From Eubacteriales bacterium (GTDB lineage: Bacteria > Bacillota > Clostridia > Oscillospirales > CAG-272): DNA of 39,778 nucleotides. The position numbers and the translations under genes were made by a program. Under the pieces are notes generated by a model, which saw only the letters and a program-made list of their open reading frames with translations, had not been told where the DNA came from and did not search any database. Within the stretch, counting starts at the first letter, position 1. Each line of letters starts with the position of its first letter. The stretch covers positions 1-39,778 of the forward strand of contig JAZRJC010000112.1 of NCBI GenBank assembly GCA_045645605.1, read 5' to 3'. Below, one piece after another: positions 1-8,673 of this stretch.

Positions 1-57
1 GAAGTCAGTGACAACAGATTTACAGTCTGCCCCCTTTGGCCGCTCGGGAAATCCCCC
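1..57 (-). tRNA. tRNA-Tyr (anticodon GTA), 5' portion only; the 3' part runs off the window edge
   Basis: The reverse complement reads GGGGGATTTCCCGAGCGGCCAAAGGGGGCAGACTGTAAATCTGTTGTCACTGACTTC. It has a 3-bp D stem (CCC/GGG) with a long D loop and an anticodon stem GCAGA/TCTGT around loop CTGTAAA (GTA). The start of a long variable arm matches bacterial type II tRNA-Tyr. Confidence 0.8.
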
Positions 58-64
58 AAAAAAA

Positions 65-139
65 TGGAGCTGGTGATCGGAGTCGAACCAACAACCTGCT
101 GATTACAAATCAGCTGCTCTGCCATTGAGCCACACCAGC
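65..139 (-). tRNA. tRNA-Thr (anticodon TGT), 75 nt with encoded CCA
   Basis: The reverse complement is GCTGGTGTGGCTCAATGGCAGAGCAGCTGATTTGTAATCAGCAGGTTGTTGGTTCGACTCCGATCACCAGCTCCA. The acceptor stem is GCTGGTG/CACCAGC and the D stem is GCTC/GAGC. The anticodon stem GCTGA/TCAGC encloses loop TTTGTAA (TGT). The T loop is TTCGACT and the 3' CCA is encoded. It lies 7 nt upstream of tRNA-Tyr. Confidence 0.9.
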
Positions 140-188
140 ATCCTATTAAGTTTTGCTGTCGAGGAGCGTTCCCCCGAACAACGCTAAA

Positions 189-217
189 ATTATAACACAT
201 CTTTATTTCTTTGTCAA
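189..217 (-). promoter_or_regulatory. Consensus sigma-A promoter for the tRNA-Thr/tRNA-Tyr operon
   Basis: The minus strand reads TTGACA (217..212), a 17-nt spacer, then TATAAT (194..189), with TGT immediately upstream of the -10 (extended -10). A long A/T tract upstream (218..260) resembles an UP element. The promoter sits about 50 nt upstream of the tRNA-Thr 5' end. Confidence 0.7.
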
Positions 218-339
218 TACCTTTTTTGAATTTTTTTTATTTTTTTTGCTTTTTTAGTTTACGGGTGATATTTTTCGAGAAAAAGAAGTAAAATTATGTT
301 ATCTGTTTGTAAATTAAATTGCTTTATTTTATAAAGTAC

Positions 340-368
340 TTGAAAAAAGGGCGAATGAAGTGTACAAT
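340..368 (+). promoter_or_regulatory. Putative sigma-A promoter for the 400..3833 operon
   Basis: TTGAAA (340..345), a 17-nt spacer, then TACAAT (363..368), about 30 nt upstream of the first start codon. Confidence 0.5.
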
Positions 369-399
369 GTATATGTATATTTTGTAGAAAAACGGAGGT

Positions 400-1422
400 G
401 TGGCTGTGAAGCAGGAAAGAGCCGGAAATATTTGCGTTTATTTTTGCCGAACAGTATTTATTCTGTTGCTTTCGATAAGTATGATAGCGGCCGCACTTTA
501 TATTGCCATGTGGGTGCTTGTTGACGGACCGTCACCGACGGCTGGCAAGCTATTCGTGCTCTCGCTAAAGGAGACGAGTGCGGGCGGCTTTATCGCGGAC
601 TGGTATATGACAAAGGAAGAGATAGCGTCGCTTATGGCGGAGGGGGAAGAAAAAACCGAGGAGATAGACACCTCTCTCATAGCTATCAAGGAAAACAATA
701 AGGACAACGGGCATAATAAGGGGGACGCTGACGACGGAATCGAGATTCACAACGTAAGCGGCCCGACCTATAACGGAAAGATGATGGTGGTGAAGGACCC
801 GACAAGGATAGTCGTCGGAGTTCCGGAGAGATACGGTGAGGGCTGTCGCGGACTGGCTCTCAGTAAAATGATTGAAAAATACGGGGCTGTCGGAGGCACG
901 AATGCGGGCGGCTTCTTTGATGAAAATGGAAGTGGAACGGGAGGGATTCCCGAGGGCATCGTCATAAGCGAGGGAAAGCTTTTGTGGGGAGGTGAGAACA
1001 GCACCTATAGCCTTGCAGGGCTTGACGCGAACGGAATTTTATACGTTGGAAGAATGACGGCTGCTCACGCGATGGAGCTTGGAATACAAAACGCGGCAAG
1101 CTACGGGCCCGCCCTTATTATAAACGGCACGCCGCAAAACAGTAAGAGAAGTCTTGGCGGCGGAATAAACCCGAGAACTGCCATCGGTCAGCGAGCTGAC
1201 GGAGCGATACTTCTTTTAGTTATAAGCGGACGGCAGGTAAACAGCCTTGGAGCAACGCTTGACGATCTCGTTGAGGTTATGCTATCCTTTGGGGCAGTTA
1301 ACGCGTCAAATCTTGACGGCGGCTCATCGGCGCTTATGATATATAACGGAGAATATCAGAACACAAGCTCTTATATTTACGGCGGAGAGAGAGTAATTGC
1401 CTCCTCTTTCCTTGTAAAATAA
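400..1422 (+). CDS. Phosphodiester glycosidase family protein (DUF2233/NAGPA-like) with an N-terminal membrane anchor
   Basis: A 340-aa ORF with an N-terminal hydrophobic helix (ICVYFCRTVFILLLSISMIAAALYIAMWVLV). The C-terminal region contains GGTNAGGFFD, NPRTAIGQRADG..LLLVISGR and NLDGGSSALM, which are typical of the phosphodiester glycosidase fold. GGAGG at 394..398 sits only 1 nt from the GTG at 400, so the GTG at 406 is a better-spaced start. Confidence 0.75.
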   Translation: MAVKQERAGNICVYFCRTVFILLLSISMIAAALYIAMWVLVDGPSPTAGKLFVLSLKETSAGGFIADWYMTKEEIASLMAEGEEKTEEIDTSLIAIKENNKDNGHNKGDADDGIEIHNVSGPTYNGKMMVVKDPTRIVVGVPERYGEGCRGLALSKMIEKYGAVGGTNAGGFFDENGSGTGGIPEGIVISEGKLLWGGENSTYSLAGLDANGILYVGRMTAAHAMELGIQNAASYGPALIINGTPQNSKRSLGGGINPRTAIGQRADGAILLLVISGRQVNSLGATLDDLVEVMLSFGAVNASNLDGGSSALMIYNGEYQNTSSYIYGGERVIASSFLVK

Positions 1423-1445
1423 CTCAAATAAAGGTACATCAAATA

Positions 1446-3083
1446 ATGAAAAAGATTTTTTCAAAAAAATATACGAGATGGCTTATTATATACGGCATAT
1501 CACTTTTTGTGCTGCTCGCGGCCCTTATCGGCATTCTTTGTCTGTTTTTGACAACGTATGAGAGAAATCTGCCCGAGAAAAGGGTTTCCGAATATATAAA
1601 AGACCTGACGGAAGAAAAAATTGGCGAGATGATTTCGGGGGAAGCTGTGCTTTTGAGCGAATTTGAGGACGGGGTTGATATTTTTTATCTCGGAGTAGCG
1701 AATGGCGGCGAGAAGAAAGGCTTTTCCTTTTATAAGAAGGCAGAGGAATACACCTCGTCAAGACCTGTTTTCAAGCTGATTTACGGAAACACCGAAATCG
1801 GCAAAATCACCCTTGAAAAAGCAGCTGATACGGCTTTTTTTGGCTTGACAAAATGGGAGATTGAGGAATGTAAGATTTACACCGAAGATTTTCTGAAGAA
1901 TCCGAAAACGTTTACCGTAATCTTGCCCTCCTCGGCAACACTTATGATTGGCGACGCCGAGGTGTCTGATGAATATATAACCTCGAGCGGACAGAAATAT
2001 GACGGCAGCTGCTTTTTGCGCTCGGAGAACGTGCTTTGCAAGAAATATACTATTGAGGGGATCTATTCCGAGCCGAGATTTCGGGCGGTGCTCGGAGATA
2101 AGACTGTCGAGCTTTTGACGTATGATAAAAACGGCGTTCTCGATTGGTATATACAGGAGGGAAATCATCTTATCCTGACAGCCCCCGAGGAAAGCTCGGT
2201 GACGCTTGACGGCAAGCCGTTGAATATCGGTTATTGCTATAAGACCGAGCCGCAAGCGGAGATAGGAGTATTTGAGGAAGGGCTTGAAATGCCGCCCTCT
2301 GACGCCTTTTACAGAATAGAGAAAACAGACCAAGAGCCGAAAATTACGGTGACGGTTGCCTCAGGCGCGCTTGAAACCTACAAGAGTGGAGAAAAGATTC
2401 TTTACAGATATCCCGAGGGGACGAAGAGAAGATTAACTGTTATTCTTCCCGACGGAGCAAGTCTTTATATTAACGGAATTGAGGCGGGGGGCGAATATCA
2501 GCACGGACGCGAGGCCTATTCCTGCCTGTCAACTGTTGAAACGTATCTCTCGGAGATTCCCGGCGGAAAAAAGTACGTTATCGAGGGACTTCTGACGCTT
2601 CCCGAGGTGCGCGCCGAGCTTTGCGGTACTCCGCTTAAAATTTGCCGACATGAAAGCGTAGGACAGGAGACGCGAGTTGAATTTCTCGGCGAGACCGATG
2701 CAGCTCTTCAGGAAAAATACTCGTCACTTGCCGTAAATTACGCTAATACTTATATTACCTTTACTGCTATGGGTGCTCAAAACCTTGAGGCACACAGCCG
2801 AGCGGTTCTTGACCTGATGCTTCCCGGCAGCAGCGGATATAAGAAAATCAAAAAGGCTGTTGACTCTTTTTCCTGGGTAAATCCCAATACAGGGATTATT
2901 ACCGAGAAAATGGAGGCTAAAAGCTTTATCAAAGTAAGCGACAACGCATTTATCTGCGACGTTGAGTTTGCGGTTGTTCTTGAAAACTACAAATCTTCAA
3001 TTCCCTATAGTGGAATATTTACGCTGACCTACGTAAAGAACGGAGAAGCCTGGCTTTGTGCCGAGATGAATATCGTTCAGTAA
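1446..3083 (+). CDS. Hypothetical membrane-anchored protein (545 aa) with three internal ~80-aa repeats and an NTF2-like C-terminal region; no family recognised
   Basis: A long uninterrupted ORF that starts 23 nt after the upstream gene. It has a single N-terminal TM segment (WLIIYGISLFVLLAALIGILCLFLTTY). Repeated modules are visible: TFTVILPSSATLMIGDAEV...KKYTIEGIYSEPRFRA and RLTVILPDGASLYINGIEA...KKYVIEGLLTLPEVRA. Codon usage matches the neighbouring genes. Confidence 0.7.
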   Translation: MKKIFSKKYTRWLIIYGISLFVLLAALIGILCLFLTTYERNLPEKRVSEYIKDLTEEKIGEMISGEAVLLSEFEDGVDIFYLGVANGGEKKGFSFYKKAEEYTSSRPVFKLIYGNTEIGKITLEKAADTAFFGLTKWEIEECKIYTEDFLKNPKTFTVILPSSATLMIGDAEVSDEYITSSGQKYDGSCFLRSENVLCKKYTIEGIYSEPRFRAVLGDKTVELLTYDKNGVLDWYIQEGNHLILTAPEESSVTLDGKPLNIGYCYKTEPQAEIGVFEEGLEMPPSDAFYRIEKTDQEPKITVTVASGALETYKSGEKILYRYPEGTKRRLTVILPDGASLYINGIEAGGEYQHGREAYSCLSTVETYLSEIPGGKKYVIEGLLTLPEVRAELCGTPLKICRHESVGQETRVEFLGETDAALQEKYSSLAVNYANTYITFTAMGAQNLEAHSRAVLDLMLPGSSGYKKIKKAVDSFSWVNPNTGIITEKMEAKSFIKVSDNAFICDVEFAVVLENYKSSIPYSGIFTLTYVKNGEAWLCAEMNIVQ

Positions 3084-3104
3084 AAGAAAAGAGGAAAAAA
3101 GACA

Positions 3105-3833
3105 ATGAAGGATTCTTTTGATAACGAAATATATGGGTCGCCCTTCTCGGGCGGCTATTGGAGGAGTGCTATCACAAGCCTCGGTAAATTGAGACTGTTT
3201 ACAATGGTGGCACTTCTTACGGCGTTTGCAATACTGTCAGAGACCTATTTTATTCCTCTTTCGCGCGAAATAAAGATTTCCTACACCTTTATTCCTATTG
3301 CACTCTGTGCCGTTATCGGAGGGCCTTATCTGACGGTTATCTGCTGTATAATAGAGGATATGCTCGGCGTTATTTTGTCGGGGCAGACGGTGTTTGCGGG
3401 ATACATTCTCTCAACAGTTCTGACGGGCCTTATTTATTCATTCTTTTTCTATCGCTCGCATTTTTCCTTCAAGAGAATAGTTTTCGCAAAGCTTATTGAT
3501 AATCTTTTTGTAAACGTGCTTTTGGGGGCGGTTTGGAGAAAGCATTATTTTGACTATCCTATCCCGTTGGCACTTGGTGTGTCGGGTATTAAAAACCTTA
3601 TAATGCTTCCGCTTGAGGTGTTTATCTTGAGTCTTGCCTTCAGCAGTCTTTATACGCCGCTCAAGAGAACCAAGCTTGTTCCGCAAAGGACGGAGAGCTC
3701 CCTCAACCGAGAGCGACTTATCGAAACTGTGCTTATTTTGATTCTTTGTATTGCGGTAAGCGTTGCGATCATACTGCTTTACGGATATTATAAAGCTCCG
3801 ATCGATAATTTTATCAAACAGATTCTGGCTTGA
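3105..3833 (+). CDS. ECF transporter S component, folate (FolT) family-like
   Basis: A 242-aa polytopic membrane protein. The stretch ISYTFIPIALCAVIGGPYLTVICCIIEDMLGVIL...GYILSTVLTGLIYSFFFY resembles the FolT-family S component signature. RBS AGAGGA lies upstream of the ATG at 3105. No ecfA/ecfT genes are adjacent. Confidence 0.55.
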   Translation: MKDSFDNEIYGSPFSGGYWRSAITSLGKLRLFTMVALLTAFAILSETYFIPLSREIKISYTFIPIALCAVIGGPYLTVICCIIEDMLGVILSGQTVFAGYILSTVLTGLIYSFFFYRSHFSFKRIVFAKLIDNLFVNVLLGAVWRKHYFDYPIPLALGVSGIKNLIMLPLEVFILSLAFSSLYTPLKRTKLVPQRTESSLNRERLIETVLILILCIAVSVAIILLYGYYKAPIDNFIKQILA

Positions 3834-3848
3834 TACTAAAAAATAAAA

Positions 3849-3883
3849 ATACAGACGCAGATAAAATGCGTCTGTATTTTTTG
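3849..3883. terminator. Bidirectional intrinsic terminator shared by the FolT-like gene (+) and pfkA (-)
   Basis: A perfect 11-bp stem, ATACAGACGCA (3849..3859) paired with TGCGTCTGTAT (3867..3877), with a 7-nt loop. It is flanked by an A-run upstream and TTTTTTG downstream, so a U-tract is present on both strands. Confidence 0.85.
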
Positions 3884-4963
3884 TTATTTTGAAAGATTTG
3901 TTGCCAAAGAGTAAAGCTCTTTAAGGAAGGCGGATTTTTTAGCACAGATTTCTCTCATTTCGGAGATCTGGTCGTCTGTGTACGCGTTGAGGTCGCCGTC
4001 CTTCAGCTTGTTCTTATACATACGGTCAAGAATAAGAGCGTAGTTAATATCAACGGGAGTAATTTTTGAATCGATTTCGCAAATTACAAGATTACTCTTG
4101 CCCTCAAGCAGAAGCTTTACCGCTGTCTCGCCCATGCGAGTTGCCGCAACTCTGTCGCGAAGAGTCGGTGAGCCACCTCTGACGGTGTGGCCGAGGTTTG
4201 TAAATCTCGATTCAACACCCGTTCTCTCCTCGATAAGGGGAGCAAGCTCTTCGCCGAAGTGCTTGGTTTTCTCACCCGCAACGCCCTCGCTTACGATAAC
4301 TATAAAGTTTCTCTTTCCGTCGGCTCTCTCTGCCTTTATTCTCTCGATGCAGGCATCGACGTCGAATTTGATTTCGGGAATAGCGATTCCGACAGCACCC
4401 GACGCAAGACCCGTATAAAGAGCGATCTCTCCGCAGTCACGGCCCATAACCTCAACGACTGTGCAGCGTGCGTGCGATTCGCAGGTGTCGCGAAGCTTGT
4501 CCACAGAGTCGATAACGGTGTTCATCGCAGTGTCAAAGCCAACAGAATAGTCTGTAGCCGTAATATCGTTGTCAATGGTTCCGGTAACACCGATGGTGGG
4601 GATACCGTGATTTGTAAGGTCTGTTGCCCCTCTGAAGGTTCCGTCTCCTCCGATAGCAACGATAGCGTCGATATTGTTCTTCTTGCAGGTCTCAATAGCC
4701 TTTGCCATACCCTCGGGAGTTTTGAATTCGTCACAGCGGTCTGTCATAAGAGGAGTTCCGCCTCTTTGAATAATATTCGTAACGCTTCTTGCGCTGAGCG
4801 GAATAACGTCGTTGTCGATAAGACCGCGGTAGCCGCCGAGAATGCCAAGCACCTCAACGCCGTTGGCAAGAGCAGCTCTTGTGATAGCTCTTACGCTCGC
4901 CGCCATACCCGGAGCGTCGCCGCCCGACGTGAGAACGCCTATTTTTCTGAATTTATTTGCCAT
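3884..4963 (-). CDS. pfkA: ATP-dependent 6-phosphofructokinase
   Basis: Contains IGVLTSGGDAPGM, IGGDGTFRGA and GTIDNDI, and matches PfkA along its full length (359 aa). Confidence 0.95.
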   Translation of the reverse strand: MANKFRKIGVLTSGGDAPGMAASVRAITRAALANGVEVLGILGGYRGLIDNDVIPLSARSVTNIIQRGGTPLMTDRCDEFKTPEGMAKAIETCKKNNIDAIVAIGGDGTFRGATDLTNHGIPTIGVTGTIDNDITATDYSVGFDTAMNTVIDSVDKLRDTCESHARCTVVEVMGRDCGEIALYTGLASGAVGIAIPEIKFDVDACIERIKAERADGKRNFIVIVSEGVAGEKTKHFGEELAPLIEERTGVESRFTNLGHTVRGGSPTLRDRVAATRMGETAVKLLLEGKSNLVICEIDSKITPVDINYALILDRMYKNKLKDGDLNAYTDDQISEMREICAKKSAFLKELYSLATNLSK

Positions 4964-5083
4964 ACTTAATTGTTTTTCCTTTCTTTATCTCCGATATTCG
5001 AAAACAAGGGATAAAAATTTTTATACTTTATTATTTTGTTTCATTTCTCTCAAAAAGCAAGAGGAAAATGAATTTTTTGATGT

Positions 5084-5524
5084 TTATAAAATTTCGCTTG
5101 ATTTTTTATGCAGAGCGTAATAGATAAGAGCGTGTCTTAAAACCTGCTTGTCGTTATTATGCGTCAAGGTTTTTTCAGCCTCGCTTGCATCTACCCAAAA
5201 CACCTCCGCAACCTCGCCCGGCTGAGGCACAACCCTCTCGGTATTAGTTACCGAGAGAAAGTATGCCACCTCTTTTGAAACTCCGGGGGACGGAGAATAC
5301 CTTGTTTTTGCTCTGAAATTCATACTGATGTCTATTTTAACCTGTGTTTCCTCAAAAACCTCGCGAATGGCGGTTTCTTGTTCACTCTCGCCCTCCTCCA
5401 TGTGACCCTTGGGGAAGGAAACGCTGCCGCCTGCAAATTGGCGAATAACGAGTACCCACAGCTTTTTCGGTTTCTTGGTATCACGTCTGAGTACCACAGC
5501 ACCGCAGGATTTTTCTTGTTTCAA
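5084..5524 (-). CDS. NUDIX hydrolase (Ap4A-hydrolase-like small Nudix)
   Basis: The Nudix box GHMEEGESEQETAIREVFEETQV fits GX5EX7REUXEEXGU. The start is TTG at 5524, preceded by AGGAG with a 7-nt spacing. That SD lies directly after the infB stop at 5542. Confidence 0.85.
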   Translation of the reverse strand: MKQEKSCGAVVLRRDTKKPKKLWVLVIRQFAGGSVSFPKGHMEEGESEQETAIREVFEETQVKIDISMNFRAKTRYSPSPGVSKEVAYFLSVTNTERVVPQPGEVAEVFWVDASEAEKTLTHNNDKQVLRHALIYYALHKKSSEIL

Positions 5525-5541
5525 TTTTAACTCCTATAGCC

Positions 5542-8265
5542 TTATCGCTCTATCTCTTCCATGATGAATGCTTCCAAAATATCTCCGAGCTTAATATCGT
5601 TAAAGCGTTCAAGCCCGATACCGCACTCGTAACCTGACTGTACTTCCTTTGCGTCGTCCTTGAATCTCTTAAGAGAGGAGATTTTATCCTCAAATATAAC
5701 GATACCGTCACGGACAACTCGTATCTGAGAAGCGCGGGTAACCTTACCGTCAAGAATATAAGAGCCTGCAATAGTACCGACGTTCGGTACTCGGATTGTC
5801 TGACGAACCTCTGCGTGACCGAGAAGGGCCTCTTTGTATTTAGGAGCAAGCATACCCTTCATAGCGGCTGTAATTTCCTCGATACATTCGTAAATTACGC
5901 GATAGGTGCGGATTTCAACTTCCTGACGCTCGGCGCTGTCGAGAGCCGTCTTGTCGGGACGAACGTTAAATCCGACGATGATGGCGTTTGATGCTGCCGC
6001 GAGCATAACGTCGTTCTCGGTGATACCGCCTGCCGCCGCGTGAATAACCTTTACGCGAACCTCTTCGTTAGAAATCTTTTCAAGCGAAGCACGAACAGCC
6101 TCAACAGAGCCGTCAACGTCTGCCTTCACGATTACGTTAAGGTCCTTGACACCCTCTGCGATCTGAGCAAAGAGGTCGTTAAGATTAGCTCTTGCGTTAG
6201 CCTTAAACATAGCTTCCTTCGCCTGATTGCGTCGTTTGTCTGCAAGCTCGCGAGCCATTCTTTCGTCGGCAACTGCCTGGAATTCGTCACCTGATGCGGG
6301 AACCTCGGAAAGACCTACGATCTCAACCGGAACAGAAGGAGCAGCACTCTTTTGTACCTTGCCGTTGTGGTCTGTCATAAGACGTACGTGACCTACGGCT
6401 GTGCCTGCGATTACGATATCGCCCTGGTGAAGAGTACCATTCTGAACGAGAACTGTTGCAACAGGACCTCTGCCCTTATCGAGCTTAGCCTCGATAACAA
6501 GACCTTTAGCGCGGCGGTTGGGGTTAGCGCGAAGCTCCTTAACCTCAGCGATAAGAAGTACGTCCTCAAGAAGCTCCTCGATACCCATGCCCGTGTGTGC
6601 GGAAACGGGAACGCACATAACGTCGCCGCCCCATTCCTCGGGAACGAGCTCATACTGTGTAAGCTCTTGCTTGATATTGTCGGGGTTCGCCGTCGGCTTA
6701 TCCATTTTATTGATAGCTACGATAATATCTATGCCTGCCGCCTTTGCATGGTGGATAGCCTCGACTGTCTGCGGCATAATTCCGTCGTCCGCCGCCACAA
6801 CGAGGATAGCGATATCTGTTGCCATGGCACCTCTTGCACGCATGGCTGTAAACGCCTCGTGACCGGGAGTGTCAAGGAAGGTGATCGGCTGACCGTTTAC
6901 TTTAACGCGATAAGCACCGATATGCTGTGTGATACCGCCTGCCTCGCCCGAGGTTACGTTAGTGTGACGGATAGCGTCAAGAATAGACGTTTTACCGTGG
7001 TCAACGTGACCCATTACGCAAACGACGGGAGCGCGTGTCTCAAGTGAGCTTTCGTCGTCCTCGGTGTCGTCAAAGAGACGCTCCTCGATGGTTACGACAA
7101 CCTCCTTCGTTGCGATAGCACCGAACTCGTCGGCAATAAGGAATGCAGTATCGTAGTCGATAGTCTGGTTAACGGTTGCCATAACGCCCATAAGCATGAG
7201 CTTCTTTATTACCTCGCCTGCGGCAAGCTTAAGTCTTGAAGCAAGCTCGCCAACCGAGATTTCATCGGGAATTGTGATCTCAAGAGGCTTTTTCTTGACG
7301 GGAGCCTGAGGCTTCTGCTTTATCATCTCGGGCTTTTTGTTCTTTCCGTAAGGATCGCGGGTGTTCTGCTTCTTGAGCTTTTGTCTGTCGCCCCTTGCGT
7401 CCTTTTGTGCATCGGGAACGAAGTTTTCAAGTCTTTCGTCGTATTTTGAAAGGTCAACTGTTGATGTGCGGGTGTCGATTACGCGGGTTCCGCCCTTCTG
7501 ACTTGCCGCACTGCCCTTTGGAGTCTGACCTCTGACGATAGCCTGAGGCTGGAACTTCGGCTTCGGAGCGCTTGGTACGTAATCTTCGCCGGGAGCGGTC
7601 TGATAGCGGCCACCTCTGTCGTTTTGCTTACGGTTCTGATTGAATCCGCCCTGAGGACGATCGCCCTGTTTATTAAAGCCGCCCGGTCTGTCATTATTGA
7701 AGCCGCCGGAGCGATCCTGTCTGCCAAAGCCACCCTGTCTGTCGTTGTTGTATCCACCCTGGGGCTTGTTGCCGAAGCTATTCTGTCTGTCGCCAAAGCC
7801 GCCCGGCTGTCCCTTGCGCTCGAAGGGCTTCTGCTCGGGTCTTGCGTCAGTTTTAGCTTCAGGCTTTGCCTCGGGCTTTGCTCGGGGTGTGGCTTTTGGC
7901 TCGGCGGGCTTCGCCTCGACCTTTGCCTCTGCTTTTTCCTCAACCTTTGGCTCGGCGGGCTTTGTCTCAACCTTCGCCTCAACCTTTTCTTCAACCTTCG
8001 CCTCAGCCTTTACCTCTGGCTTCGGAGCTTCTTTCTTTACCTTTGATTCTATATGAGTAATACCGTCAATATAGTCGTCGATATTCTCGATCTGATTTGC
8101 TTTTGTTAACGCGTTGAAAAGCATACCGAACTCGTCGGGCGAGAGGGTGGACTGCGTCTTTGCCTCAATACCCTTTTGACCGAGGGCGTCTGTGAGCTCC
8201 TTGCTCTTCAGCCCTAAATCCTTTGCAAGCTGGTTTACCTTGAACTGAATTTGGTTTGTTGCCAT
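5542..8265 (-). CDS. infB: Translation initiation factor IF-2
   Basis: The GTPase domain carries [18 protein letters not shown] and NKMD. The C-terminal IF-2 domains are present. The gene follows ylxQ in the canonical nusA-infB operon. Confidence 0.97.
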   Translation of the reverse strand: MATNQIQFKVNQLAKDLGLKSKELTDALGQKGIEAKTQSTLSPDEFGMLFNALTKANQIENIDDYIDGITHIESKVKKEAPKPEVKAEAKVEEKVEAKVETKPAEPKVEEKAEAKVEAKPAEPKATPRAKPEAKPEAKTDARPEQKPFERKGQPGGFGDRQNSFGNKPQGGYNNDRQGGFGRQDRSGGFNNDRPGGFNKQGDRPQGGFNQNRKQNDRGGRYQTAPGEDYVPSAPKPKFQPQAIVRGQTPKGSAASQKGGTRVIDTRTSTVDLSKYDERLENFVPDAQKDARGDRQKLKKQNTRDPYGKNKKPEMIKQKPQAPVKKKPLEITIPDEISVGELASRLKLAAGEVIKKLMLMGVMATVNQTIDYDTAFLIADEFGAIATKEVVVTIEERLFDDTEDDESSLETRAPVVCVMGHVDHGKTSILDAIRHTNVTSGEAGGITQHIGAYRVKVNGQPITFLDTPGHEAFTAMRARGAMATDIAILVVAADDGIMPQTVEAIHHAKAAGIDIIVAINKMDKPTANPDNIKQELTQYELVPEEWGGDVMCVPVSAHTGMGIEELLEDVLLIAEVKELRANPNRRAKGLVIEAKLDKGRGPVATVLVQNGTLHQGDIVIAGTAVGHVRLMTDHNGKVQKSAAPSVPVEIVGLSEVPASGDEFQAVADERMARELADKRRNQAKEAMFKANARANLNDLFAQIAEGVKDLNVIVKADVDGSVEAVRASLEKISNEEVRVKVIHAAAGGITENDVMLAAASNAIIVGFNVRPDKTALDSAERQEVEIRTYRVIYECIEEITAAMKGMLAPKYKEALLGHAEVRQTIRVPNVGTIAGSYILDGKVTRASQIRVVRDGIVIFEDKISSLKRFKDDAKEVQSGYECGIGLERFNDIKLGDILEAFIMEEIER
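7609..8037 (-). repeat. Low-complexity tandem repeats encoding the IF-2 N-terminal linker
   Basis: Residues ~77-146 are K/E/A/P repeats ([35 protein letters not shown]...). Residues ~153-219 are GGF-type repeats ([50 protein letters not shown]). Confidence 0.9.
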
Positions 8266-8355
8266 GTATTATATGACCGTACCCGTCCTGCTCCTTTTCG
8301 GGAGGCTTGTATCGGGCCCTTTCTTTTTTAGATAATGCGTAGAATAATTCAATTT

Positions 8356-8673
8356 TCACGGAAGCTGTTTAAGAACTGCGACGGCAAGATTTTCGTCGGT
8401 GATACCGATGACGGCAAGACTTCCCGTCTTACCTGTAATTTTTGCCAAGGCTTCGCCGTCATATGAAAGCCTGACAATTTTTATGCCGTAAAAGCTTGAT
8501 TTATCAGAAAGCTTTTTGTGAGTATTTTCCGATGTGTCCGAGGCCTCGAGCAGAAGGAAAAGCTTTTTTCTTGCTCTCATATGCTCGCAAACCAGATTTG
8601 TGCCCGTGACTAATTTTCCTGCCTTTGCACAAAGACCTATCGTTCCGCCGAGGCGGTCCTTATTTATTTCCAT
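8356..8673 (-). CDS. ylxQ: L7Ae/YlxQ family RNA-binding protein
   Basis: MEINKDRLGGTIGLCAKAGKLVTGTNLV...SLAVIGITDENLA is typical of YlxQ. I chose the ATG at 8673 rather than the extended ORF to 8826, which would overlap ylxR by 167 nt. Confidence 0.8.
   Translation of the reverse strand: MEINKDRLGGTIGLCAKAGKLVTGTNLVCEHMRARKKLFLLLEASDTSENTHKKLSDKSSFYGIKIVRLSYDGEALAKITGKTGSLAVIGITDENLAVAVLKQLP

Noticed and set aside
141-399. A possible THF or other riboswitch upstream of the operon containing the FolT-like gene
   Set aside because: The region is extremely AT-rich, with long T/A runs and no GC-paired helices resembling a THF aptamer. The FolT-like gene itself has only a 21-nt upstream gap. An Infernal scan is needed to exclude a riboswitch formally.
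1758-2333. A 191-aa minus-strand ORF inside the orphan 545-aa gene
   Set aside because: The + strand ORF is three times longer, has a TM anchor, internal protein repeats and operon-consistent spacing. The antisense frame shows none of these.
4187-4969. A 260-aa + strand ORF, plus 4098..4418 and 4522..4734
   Set aside because: These lie antisense or out of frame within pfkA, which has unambiguous PFK motifs. They are shadow ORFs.
7479-8060. A cluster of 64-171-aa ORFs on both strands (7479..7994 -, 7624..8046 +, 7697..8056 +, 7866..8060 +)
   Set aside because: All fall inside the repetitive low-complexity IF-2 linker, where stop codons are depleted in every frame. They have no independent start signals.
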